From NCBI GenBank assembly GCA_030141605.1, contig JAQGDQ010000001.1:1612001-1676000 (forward strand): a stretch of 64,000 nucleotides of DNA, read 5' to 3'. Of the stretch, positions 12,001 through 27,000 are shown piece after piece; the stretch's first letter is position 1, and the number at the start of each line of letters is the position of its first letter. Made by a program: the position numbers and the translations under genes. A model generated the notes under the pieces. It did no database searches. It saw only the letters and a list, made by a program, of their open reading frames with translations, and was not told the origin of the DNA. Source of the DNA: Tubiluchus corallicola (taxonomy: Eukaryota; Animalia; Priapulida).

Positions 12001-15000
12001 ATTCAAGGTTATAACAACCAAAATGTTTCCATGTAGAAACGGTTATAGCTTGCAGCTATAGTTGTTTTTATTAGTTTGTGTCTGCTGGCTTAGGACTGGT
12101 GCAACCAATATGAAGATCTCTCCTGCAACCTGTAAAGTTGTAAACTCTTGATTAATGAGCAGGTTTACGGTGACAGAGTTATATTCATGATCGGCTTACT
12201 AGTTCTTATCAGGCTTTACTGAAACCTGCAATGTTCTTTCTAGTTGTACTTGCAGTAATGTATAAGCAGGATTTAGTATGATATCAAAAGGTTAGACCGG
12301 ATAATTGATCTGATCTATTGGTCATGGGTGGACAAACAGTGTAATCGGGGTCAGTAAATACTACCTGATCAGCTTGCTTAGTAAAATGTTTGGCTAGTGT
12401 TATCAGTATCATGGAAAATAAATGAATTATAAATTTACAAAAAAATTGGCCTTAAGGTTATATTCAAAGCCTGTTCCCCTTTTAAGGTAATTTTGACGTA
12501 GTAGTTTTTGAGTAGATTTTGACTTGTTGTAGATCGATCGTGACGATCAGTGATTTTTTGATAGATTTATCAGTAATTAATCGGTATCAGTGAGCAATAG
12601 AAACATCGTGATATCTTCACAAATTGTTAATTGCAGAAAATTCTCAAGCCGGTTGGTAACGGCATCTGGGCCTTAATGCATTCATTATATTCGTAATTTA
12701 ATTCGTAATAACTGGTGTACCTTATTTTGGTTTTACTACTATTGATTTTTGCCATGCCTTTTTTCTGTTTATAGCATGCAATACTAAATTTTACTGCTCT
12801 GCTGCGGTGTTCTATTGCCATACCCTAAATTAAGTACAATTACACTTAAAAATCTAGATAGCGTTGTTTCACTGTCATCCTTTGTCGTGTTTCTATGTAT
12901 TCTTTACCGTCTTGTAATAGGTACGTGGTTCTGAATGACCATAACAGCTTTATGGGGAGAGTGTTGCAAACTTAACTGCGTCCTTGTATATTCAGTTATA
13001 CTGCTAGATATACAGTTATTCTGTTTTCGCGGGTTATTGACCTATATTAATGGATTGTTAATAGTTTATAAAGCAACCTATTAGTTCCTGCAGCAGAGTA
13101 ATATGGTTATAACAGTACTTAGATGAATTTTGAAACTACGCGTAGGGCCTAACCAGAATGTCATTCCATTTTTGACTAAGAAAGTTGAGATATTTCACAT
13201 CTTTTTGGCGCTTTTAGGAGAAAACTTCACCTTTGAGACCTTTTAAATTCTAAATTAACGAACAGGTGGGCCCTACATGATTAGGTCATCATTATGATTA
13301 CATTAATTAATCTTGATATATCTTCACCCGACATCAATCAAAATGATTTCCATCAAATCGCGCTGTGACAACGCACGCGCTAATGCCCATGAACTCCAAA
13401 TCGCTTATAATTTATGCACAACATCAAACAGATTTTGCACAATCTAAGTAATTGGGTGGCTGCATTGGGCAATTATATACAAATAATGGAGTTACACTAT
13501 ACTGATGATTCATCTCGCTTGCAAGCAATTGTATACGTGTGGATTTAAGAATCTTGCTTCTTTTGATGCTTTAGAATAATCTCCTGGTAAGGGTGTCATT
13601 AATTCATCTCCAAATTGTCCAGAAATTCGCTTGAATATTTAGGGTTTAGTTTTGCCTTCTTACCCTCTAAGAATTGAAAAGAATGCTCATTAACGTTACA
13701 TGCATCTGTGTCATCATTATCTAAGAAATTATTATTGCATTAATAGAAGCTAATGTACCTTTAATAACGTGTTTTGAGTAAATGAATTGGCTAGTCTAGG
13801 TTTTCCGGTCTCCAGGGAACTCAATTTTGCAGATTTACTGTAGGCTTATTAATTAAAGGAGGCTAATTTTCAAAGACGCTGTGTAAGATTCTTTTAATTT
13901 GTCAGGTTTTTCGCTAATTGAGCCGGTGGAACTGAAGACATTCTTGTCTGTTTTCCTAAGTTTTTGTGATTCAAGAAGATTGATCAAGACTCAAGCGAAT
14001 CAGCGATGCTACAAATCGCGAGAAATGGCTTCTGGAACTAATTAGTTTACGAAGAAAGTTTAATTTTCGAACAATATAAAGGCATATGTATTGATTAGTG
14101 AATTGATGTTTTATTCTTAGTTTTCTATATGATTGCATAAAAAGAATTATTATTTCGCCAATTTAAAACTTCAGCTTTCATTGTCTGTTTTAGACGGCGA
14201 AACTTCATTTGTGCAGCTTTTTTGCGTCAACGTTTTCTTTTGCCAAAATAAGCAAGAAAGAGACGTGTTGTAATTTTGTAAAGGTTAAAAAATTATGTTG
14301 GCTGTTTTTATATATCCTTGAATGATACATAACTAACAGAGTTAATTGGTTCATTTGGTTGGTGATGGGTTCATTTTAAATCAGTGACAAATACCAAGCT
14401 ATTGACTGAATGTGTGAATTATTGGTTAGATGAATTAAATTTGTTTAAATACTTATGCACTAGTACTACTGTATTACTTAAGCACAAAGACACAGTCACA
14501 CAGTTTACTTCAAATAGCTAACTAAGGTTATGACAGAAGGTCAAAGCCCAGAGATTGTACTTTTTATGCCTTTTTAACACAAATAGCTAACTAAGGTTAT
14601 GACAGAAGGTCAAAGCCCAGAGATTGTACTTTTTATGCCTTTTTAACAAATGGGTGTATGCATGTATTAGTAATTCTCAGTCGATCAATTGATGAATGAT
14701 CTACTAGTTTCCACTGCGCATAACCACTCACTGCAAATTGCTCTTATTTTACGAGCATGTTAATTTGGTTTCTACGACACTTGCGGTCGCAGGTGTTTAA
14801 TGTTCCTACAGGTAAACAAATTATATCTAAGATCAAGCAACATAACATGGATGTGCTGTACGTTAACAGGCTCAAATAATTGTAAACATGACTTCTCGAT
14901 GTTCACACCTTACAACGTGAAATGTTTTGGGTGTGGTGTTAGCGCATCCTTAGGGGCAAATCTGCGCTTTTGTGGACAATCCACAATTTTTTTCTGCGGG

Positions 15001-18000
15001 AAGAGTAAAAAACAAGTCTGCTTGTCATCACTTTTACTGTTTATTGGCTTTTAATGGCAATTTGGTTCGGTTAATTCTTTGTCTGCTTTTAGAAATTGCT
15101 AAAAAAAGTCTACTTTGGCAGTGCCACCCAAGACCAATGACCGGAGCATATATGAGTGTACAATTGAACTCTGAAAAGTACAAAACACATACGACACAAG
15201 GGATGCTACAAAAAGGCGTTTTGCTTTTTTATGTTTTGAGGCTGTGCATAGTAATCTGAATAAGAAAAATATAACTTGGCAAATTGAAGTTTTGTTTGCC
15301 AGCACCGGGAATGGTTCAATCGTTACCCGCCCGCGCTTCGAAGGCGCTACAGCTAACCGACTTAGAATCTAACTGGCTCGTACCCTTTTAAAAGTGGGTA
15401 AACTTCTTACCGTCCTTCCCAATTTACGAAAATAATATTTTTCGCAATCGCTGTTGTCACTTGTTGTCTATTTTGTAAACACGTTTTAGGGCCTTGAAAA
15501 AGATTTAAACTGGATTGTACTCGAGTTCAAAGCGAAATGCTGCAGACTGCATGTGACAAGTTCATGGTTAGGCAAACACTGTAATTTTGGGACGTTTTTT
15601 CAATATATTTCCTTAGTAGAAGAGCTTGTAAGGACAGAAACTCATTTGTCCTATGTAATGCAAAAACCAGTGTCATATCGGTTTCTGTTTCACTTGTTGA
15701 AATTAAGAGTTTTTACTTACGGAGCTTAAAAAAGCGCGGGAATGTTCCGTGCACTGCATGTTTAGTGTGCTGATTGCTGAATGCTGTTTAAAGGAAAGAA
15801 CGAGTCACTCAGTATGTTGGATTTATTTTACTGTTATCACTTAAACTTAGCAAAGAAATTGGCAAAAACTTTCTATAAAGCATAAATCTAAAATGTGCTA
15901 CCTCCGAATAGAAATTTTCAGGCGTGATGATTCAGTGGTTGCGGCCATTCATTTGAAAATTATGACGTAACTAGGAGACTTCGTGATTTTTCGTAAGCGC
16001 ATTGTGGCTTTCCGTTTGCGCGCGCTGCTTAAACTAATTCAAATTTCTGCAACTTACCTAATGTTCACGCAAAAATATTACAAAATTAGCTATCTAATTT
16101 TATTGTAATAACACACTTTTGACGAAGGTTGACAGTGCGCTACTTTTCTTTAGGATGAATGACGTCATTGGAAAAAGAATGGGCATTGAAAATGAGAGTG
16201 CCCAAGCATGAAGTCATGGCGAATTTAAAGTTATTTTACTAATTAAACAAGGCGTTTATTGCAATTTTATTACTAAATCATTCTAACGTTTTTCGCGAAC
16301 ATTGAAATAAGCCTGACTTCCCAGGACGCTTGGCCTTTCTTTTAAAAGGTCAATTTTCAGTAAATAGCCTTAAATGGTTGCTTCTTTTTAACGGACTTTA
16401 ATAGAAATTGTTCCTACATGTTTCAAGGTAGTTAAACAACCGTCCATTTGTAAAGTTGTTTGTCCGCATTTTTAAGATTATTAAGCGCAGATTTGTGTTG
16501 ACTTTACTAACATTTTAACAAAACGCACTATTGTTGTTACTGTGTTCCTGCACGACGATCTTGTCTTCGTTGATCCCACGTAAACACACAGTATACAAGT
16601 TACTGTATGCAAAAACACTATCCACCTAAGATAAAAACAGCTTATCTTGTGTATGTTTAATATTTGCTTGTATATAACACCTTAGAATGAGACCTGAATT
16701 CTTAGAATCTTTAAAGCTAATTATTCGGTGTTAAGCTGGTGCATTATTGATGAAATTTGCTCAACAGATCTGCGCGCTGGCCTTCCTTGAAGTGTATTTG
16801 GTTAACACTTAACGTCTCTAATGAACTCGATATAACAGTGAAATGGGACGTTGGTGTCCTATCACTTTGCAAGTGAGAGATTGATGACAGTATAAGCCAT
16901 ATTTAATTGCGTCATTCAGCAGCCTCTCCTCCCTAGAATTTCAGGGTCTGCAATATTTATGAACTCTAGCAATTTAATTTCTGCAGTACTAAATGCCAAC
17001 AGAGACAATATGTTTTAGATAGACTAAAAGGTTTACTGTAATTGTTAAGAACGCTTGATCGTGAATCTCCATGCAAACATGGCTACGCTTTTCCATTTTT
17101 TTTAATATGATGACAGTCTGACAATGTTGTATAGATAAACGTTATAGAGTCTGTGACTAATGGCAATGGCACAGTTAAGCTCTATTGTTGTTGTAGAAAA
17201 TTATTGGTTACGGCTAGGTTTGTAGCATGTTTCTGTTTTTGAAAATCCTAATTTTTGTCTGTATGATTTTTCTTTAATATTCCGATAAAAACATTGGCGT
17301 GTTGATTGAAGTGACAGGTATTATTAGTTTGTAGCTATCTCGTGTATAGTATATGAGACTCATGTATAGTATATAGTAGTATGTATAGTATAAACAGTAT
17401 ATAGTATAGTATTATATCTTATGTGTATAGTAAATTAATGGACGTGCGACAAACGAATTTAACAAATACATTATGCTGAACAACTCCTCATTGTATTTTT
17501 TATATTATAATGTCTTGTATATAAATTAAAAAGCAATTTCATTACTTTTTAGTGGCAATTGTCTCATTCGTTGCACCCAGTTTTGTCTAGGTCTATCTCG
17601 TTTGATGAGAATATCCGGAATTCTATTTTCGCTGTAACTTCTAGGCCGGTATCTGCCTTGGCTCCATAGATAAGTTGGTACATGTAATTGGAATGACTCA
17701 TCATAATCCCATAGTGTATAATAGGTTAGGTCATTTGGCTGCATTCGTCTGCGTGCATTGATCTATTGATTTAGTAAAATGGTTATGTGGTTTCAAAACT
17801 CAGTGACAATATTTGCTTGTCAATGTCTCCATGCATGCAGCTGTATGTACGAGGAGGAATTAGCTGTCATGTTAATTGCAGTTATCCGCACTGTACTTTT
17901 GTGTGGCCAGGAAGAGATGAATTTCGATTTCTATCATGCGTCAAATCACGTCGATTCGAGCAAAATAGTTGATGGGGAAATTACGCTTTACTGAAAGAGA

Positions 18001-21000
18001 GATTCTCCTTAGCCTTGCACTGCAGAAGTATTAAAACAAAACTAACAATAAGTTTCTTTTGAAAATTATTGCCATTCTGTAGCTATACAGTAACCACAAT
18101 AACTTTTCATTAAATTAATTAAATTAAATTAAGTTACATTCGTAGTTTTAAGTACCAGGCATGCAACGATTAATGGTGTGGAGCTATACCCGTGACCTGT
18201 GCATTCACGATTGAATTGTGTATACCCATTGACCTTGGATCATTGACCATTTCTAGCAGCTTTTAGTTGTAAGTTGTTGTAAGAACCCGGATGTAATACT
18301 TGGACTGTGTACCCTGTGTAGGATGCAAGTCACTTTGACGTAAACAACTTTATTGGCCCGAGCTGAGATAAAAGCTGACGCTGAAAGATCTCAAAATAGA
18401 CAAATATGAGCTCATACAATCAGTTGATTAAGGACGTACATGTGGAAAGATTTTATCGGCGAGTTTCACCTCAAAATAATCATAAACCAGTTAGTCATTG
18501 TAATAAAATAATTATACAAGCACATACTTGCATATCATTTCACTTTGACTAGCGGTTAACTTGCAGTTGCAGAATGGCTTAAAATATAAATTAATTCTGT
18601 AATCAATACATTTGAATCTACAATCTATATATTAACTTTTAGCTGTTTTGCGTGGTTTGAAGTTTTGTAATTTTACACATGCTGATATAAGACTGCTGGT
18701 GAAATAATTTACTTAATTGAGTACTGCGTTCTTGTAAATGTAGAGTTTACTGTATACTAGTATGACGTAGGTCAAAATACACCCACGTCTTGTCTTTACG
18801 CCCACACAATCCCAGTCTAGACTATGTTTTTCAGATCATTTCTGTTCAGCAATGCAGAAATACATCTAGTTATATTGGAAGTTTTATGAAGGCCTATTAA
18901 TGGCGTTTAGGGCTATGAATTCAATAAAACCCTGCAACTTTGCAAGTTTAAGATTTCTAGATAACGACTACGTTGTGTGCTGCTGCGTGAAAGTGTCGTC
19001 CAATCTAACGAAAGAATGGCTTATTGACTGCCTCATTTTCCTTTGACAGATTTGGAAATTCTATTAAGCTTTAATTTTAGAAGTTGTTATCGTCGAGATA
19101 ACTCAACTATTTTTGCATATGGTTGCGCCTCTCTCTCTCTCTCTCTCCCCCCTCTCTCTCTCTCTCTCTCTCTCCCTCTCTCCCTCTCTCCCTCTCCCTC
19201 CCTCTCTCTCTCTCTCTCCCTCGCTCGCTCCCTCCCTCCCTCCCTCCCTCCCTCTCGCTTTCTTTCTCTTTCTACCTGCCACTCTCCCAAATTGCGTGCG
19301 ATCGAGCATTCAATAGCGAAGATTTGAAGTGTTGAAAGTCTTAGCTGGTGCATACTGTAGTTCAGCGTCATGGATAATCCTCCAAGATGAGACGCTGAAC
19401 GGGCAAAGGTGTTTTAATGACAATTAGAAGTGTATGTCTTCTTTAAAAATTAGAGAAACCAACCATCCAAAAAATATCGTTTTTACTTAATTGCAAAATA
19501 TGTGGGCTCGTAAAAATAGTTTAAAGATCACATCTTGTTCTTTTTTGCCATTCTTTTGCCAGTTTTCTTTCTACTTCCCTTCACTTACATCTTTATAATT
19601 TTATTTTACAATTACAGTTACTAGACATTCTTGAACTTTGTTTAAAAAAAACACCACTTGAGTGCTTGAACTTAGTTGCCTTTCTACTTAGCCCTCATAT
19701 TCTGGAAACACTTTCACAAATTCACTCAAGTTAAAGAACTATAAAGAAACAACAGGAGTTATGAATTATATTATATTAGTAGACAGTGCGAAATCGTTCA
19801 TTCAAAATATACATTGCAATAATTAATACAATGCTAAAGCATTAAGTCACACATTTGAAATATATAATACATTACTTTAAGTGGACATATTTCATTCTAG
19901 GGAATAGAAACTCTGATTAATAGTGAAAAAACTCTTGTTAATAAATAAATAACATATAATAATTATGAAGTAAAATTTATTTATAGGAGATTTTTAGTTT
20001 CAAAGACTTTTACAAAATTGTATCCTTTATTAGAGTTAAATTAGATTTTATTTGAAAAGAGTTAATACTGCCTTCTCTTCACATTGTCATCCAACCACTG
20101 CAAATTCATTAATCCTTAAATAAGGGTAAAGGACCCATTTGTCGTACGTTGTCCTTGCATTTAGCTTACTTCCATTAGTTATTTTATGTTTTTATTGTGT
20201 TGAACCCTGTGTGCAAAATAAAATTATCTACTGCTACTGCTACTACTACTAGACTGTTAGCACAGCAGATTAAGTACTAAAACAGTTTTTCCCAAAAACG
20301 ACACGTGAGTTTACTAATCAGTCCCAGTGCTACTTATAATTCTATCCTATGTCTATCTATAATTTTTTCCTTGCATTTTACTTTTTGCATGATGAGTGTG
20401 ATGAAGTTGCGATAAAATGTCAATGACAGATGGCTTTATAATAACAGAGAACGTTTTTTTCTGCCAAGAGCACACGGTTTGCTTTTCTTAACTGTGTTAA
20501 GTTGTTAATAATTGCCTGTAAATAATCAATAATTGTGGTAACTTAATTGTTGTAGATGTGTTAAAATTGCGCAAGAGCGCATCTGCATTCAGTTTCAGTT
20601 TGTGTACATTTTTGTGATCATAGTTTATCTCAGATGCCCACATCTAAACAAGAATTTCTTAAATACCTCTTGCGGGTTTCTAAAAGCGTTTCGGCTGCGG
20701 ATGAAGACGCGGGAGTCGTCATTCCTCAGCATCCCACTTGGTAACTGAGGGATGTGAGTCAGCCATTACGCATGCGCGGATTGCATCTTCCGAATTCATA
20801 TCTTGAATTGTGAACACTGGCGTCGTCGATGTGTGAATGAATACCACGTAATGCTTAGAACATCTATAATGTATGTGGTTTATGATATATTGTTGGTGAA
20901 TCCAGGAAATATAGTGAATAACGTGTAAATATACCTGGACTGATTACTGTGATGTCTGCGTCACAAGACTCATTAACCAACAGAGTTCTTAGTTCGAAAA

Positions 21001-24000
21001 TGCGTCACACCATGTTGAAGATTAATTACTCTAGTGTTCTTGATTAAACTGCTCTCGAAGACCAGCTCGAAATATCAATCTTTGTCTTAATCTTCGACAG
21101 ACGATTTTCTTAATGATCCGAAGAAAACAACGATTTACTGCACTGCGTGACTTCTTTCATTCCAGCTAATTTAAGCTAAATTAACTTTGTAGATTTGCTA
21201 GTTTGCTACTCTATAGGCGCCTTGCTTTAAATGCTTTAGACTCTTCATTGGACCTTGGTTATGGATGCTAAGTCAAAACAGGGTGCAGGTAAGGGCTGTG
21301 ATAAATGTGTTCGGAAAATAGTTTGTTATATATATATATACATGTGTGATTTAATTCGCAGTCACGAATATGAACAGTAACACAGTTGCAAATATTATCA
21401 ATTTTACTATTTATACTTGCAAAGTTTTTAAGATGTCATTTGGAAATAATGGAATCGAGTACAGTTTTATCTAACTAGTTAAGCAATTTTGATACATTAA
21501 AGTAGGTACAGTATGATGTTAAGTTTTATAAACTAATTATACATTGACTGGTTTTCTGGTGGTTAATTCTGTTTGGTTATATCTCATTCTGTCAATTGTT
21601 GTGCGTCAGCCAAATGTTACGTGACTTGTGATTGTCGTTCTGAGGCTCTTAAGTATGGTTACTGTAGAGAGACATTATTCGTGAGACATAAAATATCGTT
21701 TTTAAGACAAAGCTCGAGAAATTAAAGGACATCATAGCAAAGTGTTGGAAGACAGCTTTGCTATAGTATCTAGTAATCTAATGCTGTTACTAAATGTTCC
21801 AGTAGGATCCTCTGTTGATATTGCCAATATATTATATTATGATTTCATCAATATATCTTTGCTTTATTTTCGCTGTACCGCGGTACTCGAATAAATCTAA
21901 TTAGCATTTGATGTGATAGTCTGTGTCCGTCATTAGAACGCATTTTCCCGAATGATGGGCTGAATACCAGGCTAATGTAATTATATACGCTGCGTTACTA
22001 TCATTATTGTACTGAAACAACCCTTTATAGCTACCACGTAATGCTTTGCCAAGTCTTCAGCGCATGAACGCAAACAACAAGCAGTGATTACTTGGACATT
22101 GTTGAACTGTTGTTGAGACATACTAAGCTGTGTTAGATAATTTTTGTGCTCTAGTCGGTATGTACTTTCATGCTGTTGTGAGTTCATATCGATTCATGAC
22201 GATTCTTAGTCCCAAAAGTAGCAGGTAACAAACTAAATAAAAAGTCGTAGAAAATGTTAAGTAATAATACCTTGACTTAGACCTACATGTAAAGAAGCAT
22301 ACAACCGAATTTAATTTGATAAATATTTTGGAAATTGGTATGACTATCGGAACTGTAAATTTATTCAATTTATGTAGCCTCAGTACATTCTAAATGTGTT
22401 GTACTTATAAGATTCTTCGTCTCCATTTTGAAGTCAACTTTATAAGGCACGCGGCTGTTTTATCTCAATTTTTTTTCAAACATGAAATTTCATGCAGGGT
22501 TTAATAAATTTAAAACGGCCAACCGATTTAGCTACTTAACACTTTGTTTAAAAATGAATTTGATTAAAACATTGTTGTTGTGTATAGGGCTCTGGAGTGG
22601 GTAGGTTTCCGCAATTTCACTATTTAAAGTTGGCCGTGTGCCAATAATTAACCTTGTTTAAATTTGGCGTGCAATGTGTTTGCCGGCTGCACAGCTTCAC
22701 TATTGAAGCCAGATGTTTTCTTCTTCCTGCTGTATGAGTGTATAGTAGAAAACTTGAACAAACATTCCTCGCCTAGCTGGTCTTTCCTAGATACATGATA
22801 ACATGTACCTGGATAACAGGTCTGTTTGGATCGGCAATTTTATTCATCATTGTCAAATTCATCACATTTTAATTCAAATATTTTGATGAATAAACATTCA
22901 TTTTCTTCATAATTTTGTGATAAAATTTATCAGTGGAACTGTAGATTACAATAGTCAATATTCCCTACGGCGTTTTTCAAATGGGTGTTGCAATCACTTG
23001 GTAATCGTGTTTTGGTGGTACCACAGATCGTGACCTTGAATATGTGTTCAGCATATTAAACGGTAAACTGAGGTTTATAATTAAATTACGCCGCTTAATT
23101 TTTTGGCAGGGTTCACTAAAAGCGCGATTTTTTTCAAAAAACGAAAGAATAGGGTGTTTATTTGAATGGGTCTTTCCATTCAAATTGGTTTTATTTGTAA
23201 GTTAAAGCAAAACCAGGTGATAATTGCCAAGGGAATGCGCCACAGTAAAGGAAGAGTTTAGAAAAGCAAAAAACGAAATGATAAGAACCAAGCGAGTATG
23301 AAAAATGTCTCTACTACATATATAGTGGTATATTTTCTTGCTTTAAAAATGTACAGCTGCTAGTTAGAGCATTTATAATGTAATTCACAACGACTGGTAA
23401 AATGGAACAGACTCTGGGCCTTAGTTCTTAAAAAGAAATAAGTTTAAACATTTTCTCATGTTTTTATTTCAATCGTGATTTTTGCGAGCGATTTAAAAAT
23501 CACTTGATTTAAATCAAATGTTTAAGTGTTTAGTTTGTGTGGCGCAGACACAACAAACCTTTTAAAACTAAACACGTCTACGCAAAAAATCATAATTAAT
23601 TAATATTGCCCATTCAAGGCATACCCGCTCTACTCTATAAGAATATGAATAATTATTCTCGAATGTTGATACAAGTTACCTACTGTTCCAAAAACATATT
23701 TTGAGTAAGAGCGAGTACGAAACTTTAAATTTCTTATATTTGAAATGTTAAAAATACATTCACAAAAGTTGCCAAAACATGTTTACCTAGGCGCGAGGAC
23801 ACATAGAGCCGCAAGATCTAAGTTATATAGTTCGCGCGAAAACACATGAACGAATGCAGTTGCGAATATCATAATTATGAAAGTTGATAATAATGTTCAT
23901 TTCTTATTTAATTTATCCGACTGGCTAACTACTCCTTAGTTTTATAATAAATTTGACTGCCAGATGACTCGCTTAGAAAAAATTGCTTCTGTTAGATTCC

Positions 24001-27000
24001 CTGGATTTGCGGTCCTTGGAACTGGTTATAAAATAGAGTATAGGTAATTTTATTCGCCATGATGTGAAGAATGGCGATTATAAAATCGCTTTTCAAATGC
24101 AAAATTTCACACTGTGCGGGTTCAAAAGCTTCGATCCACAATTATTGCTTTTATTATGACACCTTTAAAGAATCGTGAATTACACAAAATAAAAATTATG
24201 AACTGCAGTTATATAATGTCTACAATAGTCTGTAGAATAGTAAAATTGGCTAGAAAGAAATGACTCGCAATTTTTTCGTGTTTTATCTCAAATTTTCAAA
24301 TGAAAACTCATTTATTCATTACGTTTTTCATTTAAAATATTGCCTATTTTTTGGTTTATAATGACATAAACTGCATTTGAAAGTAATCCAGTCCATTTGA
24401 AACGACATGACTAAAATATTTCTTCAAGACCGTTTATCGAATGAAACTTAGCAATCCTGCGGACTAGGGTAAAAATTTTTACTCTCTGCTATTTTAGCTC
24501 TAAGCCAATTAGTGTCATTATCAAGTTTCATAAAGGTTTAGATTGGATAAATTGAAGATTGTAAGCTTCTTGATTTTTATGCACTCGAGCCTTCAGGAAA
24601 GTCATTTGCCCACCTGTGGCGATTGGTTTAGTTTCATTCTAAAGCGCTTTAAATATTACATGAGCTCGCTTCCATCATTCTTTCCAGGTAACAAGCAATT
24701 TCCGCAAGCTGCTCTCGTTGTTAGCTACTTACTGCGTTTGTTTTACGTAAAATTCAACGAACCATTAATAGGCTTATTTGAATTACGCACCGGTTTCTGG
24801 ACTTTGCCCTCTTTATAGCTAATGCGTCTAAATTCTGCTATTAATGTGTTTAATAATTATTGGGAACTGATGTGATGGTAATATTATTGTGAACGTAGTA
24901 TCTAATTAACAATGCGCCAATTGTAATTGGTTATTATATATTAAGAAGCAATAATTGCTGTTATTACACATGGCACAGTTTCATCTGATCAGTTTTATGC
25001 GATCCGATATTGCACGCTTGCACGTTAAGTTAGCATTTTCAAGCAAACTAGTTCTTTAGTGTTGTTTGGTACTTTATATTGCTTTTTTACTACTTTGTGC
25101 CTCTAAGAAGCAGGCCTGATAGAGAGTGCGTGTGTACAAAAACTGTTTAATGTTTTTTTTTCTAATATCATATGAAATTTTAATTAAATCTGTTAAATGG
25201 AAATTGTAATTCAATTTAAATTTTTGCACTCTTGTTCTCCATCAAATGTGTCTTATGTTTTTCATTGGAAGTACTTGTTGTTTTTCTAGCTGTAACGTGA
25301 ATTTGTTAAAATTAGACCTACCGAATACTTGATTAAAAGACTCGATACTCCATTTTATAGTTAAAATCAAAAGCTTTTCCCATTAAATCAATATTACAGT
25401 TCAGCTTCTTTGTTAAGCGTTAGCGGTGTATGCGTCATGCTATCAGTCTATAAAACTTAACGTCTGATACTTTCTTGATTTTGGCTTCTGATTCATTTCC
25501 TGTTTGTTATTCTTGGACACGCAAAACTGGTATTAAGTAACAAGCGTTGACATGAGTTTTTTGGAGTCTCGCAGCCTACTTAATAATAGTGTCTTTCCAT
25601 CAAATTTGAAATGGTCTAAATGACGTATGTAAATAAGTTGAGATCTGTAGCAGATAGTGTTTAACTTGGCCGATATGCTGCTAATCTTGTATCATTTCAC
25701 AACCTTTTAAATTACGTTGAACTGGGAACTGAAAAGCTGTTGTACTAATTTCATAAACTCCTTTTAATATTTTTACCTATTATGTTCTGCATGAGTTTTT
25801 AATAATTGAGACATTAAATTAGTGCCTTGCGTATAACGAAAAAATCTAAAAAATTGTAATACATTTTTTTATATCTTGCAGATAAGTCTTCGAAAATATC
25901 AAAAAGAGCCAAATCGTTTAAAGATGACATCATTGAGCGTATCAACCACATGCGTCTCTCACCAGGTGGCTCTACTAAGTCGTCATCGCCAACCAAATCC
26001 CAGAAAATCTCACCTACCGGATGCGTTACCACTGTTTGCCATCCCTATGTAGTCCAGGAGGTCAAAGTGGATAAAGTGCAGAAGGTGGCATACTTAGTTA
26101 TAAAATTGTAAAATTTCATTAGACAGAAGTCAAGGACTACCATGTCACTGAAAACTACCAGAATTCTGTTTTTACAAAATTTTGCTAGTGGTGTGTTGTG
26201 TGACTGATGTGATACATAGCAACTTTTACAGCACTTATTTCTTGAGCTCCTTGAGGGACTTGCTAATTTTGCAGGTGTTTTAAATTCACAAATGGAGCTA
26301 TCTATGATTTAAATCTGCAGATAAGGCTTAAGTGTGAGCTGTGCATCTGGAAACTGTTAAAACTACTACCATACCTTATGTTGCTTAAATATCACTTCTA
26401 GTTGCGCTATCACAAACCAACATGATTTTGCATACTTTTGTTATTATTGCTTTCAAGTGAATTTGCTGTCGATGCTCAACCGGTGCCCTAACTTTAACCT
26501 TTGACTATGAGAAGCTTAGCATTTATTATATTATTATTATTATTATTATTATTTATTAAATATATCCACAACGATCATTACTGCATAGCACATGAAAATT
26601 TTTAATAACATATTTATTATTATGTACACAAGATGCCAAGCTACAAATGACCCGTGGGGTACTCAAGAAGTAATTACTTGTTCAGAGCACCCCAAATGAA
26701 TGTGGATTGAGTGTAGCTGAAAAGAGCAGTAAAGGAGTAGAAAAGAAAAGTTAATAGGGAATAGAAAGAAAGAAAAAGATGTGATGGTATCTGTATGAAG
26801 TAAGGCGAACTATAGAAATGTAAAATTGACATAGCCAGCAACATGATGGATTCCGACAGGGACAGCAGCATAATTAGTCAAATTTATTTATTCTATATAA
26901 TTAGATAAGAATTTTTTATGTATTCGTTGATGTTATTCCAGAGTCTAGGACCAGTGTTAGTGATGAAGTGCCTTGCCGCATCAGTCCTGCAATACTTAAT

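Noticed and set aside
15300-15382. tRNA-like or SINE head on the minus strand
   Set aside because: Too degenerate, with no intact B box.
19043-19371. Five overlapping ORFs (SL/RE repeats)
   Set aside because: Artefacts of the CT microsatellite.
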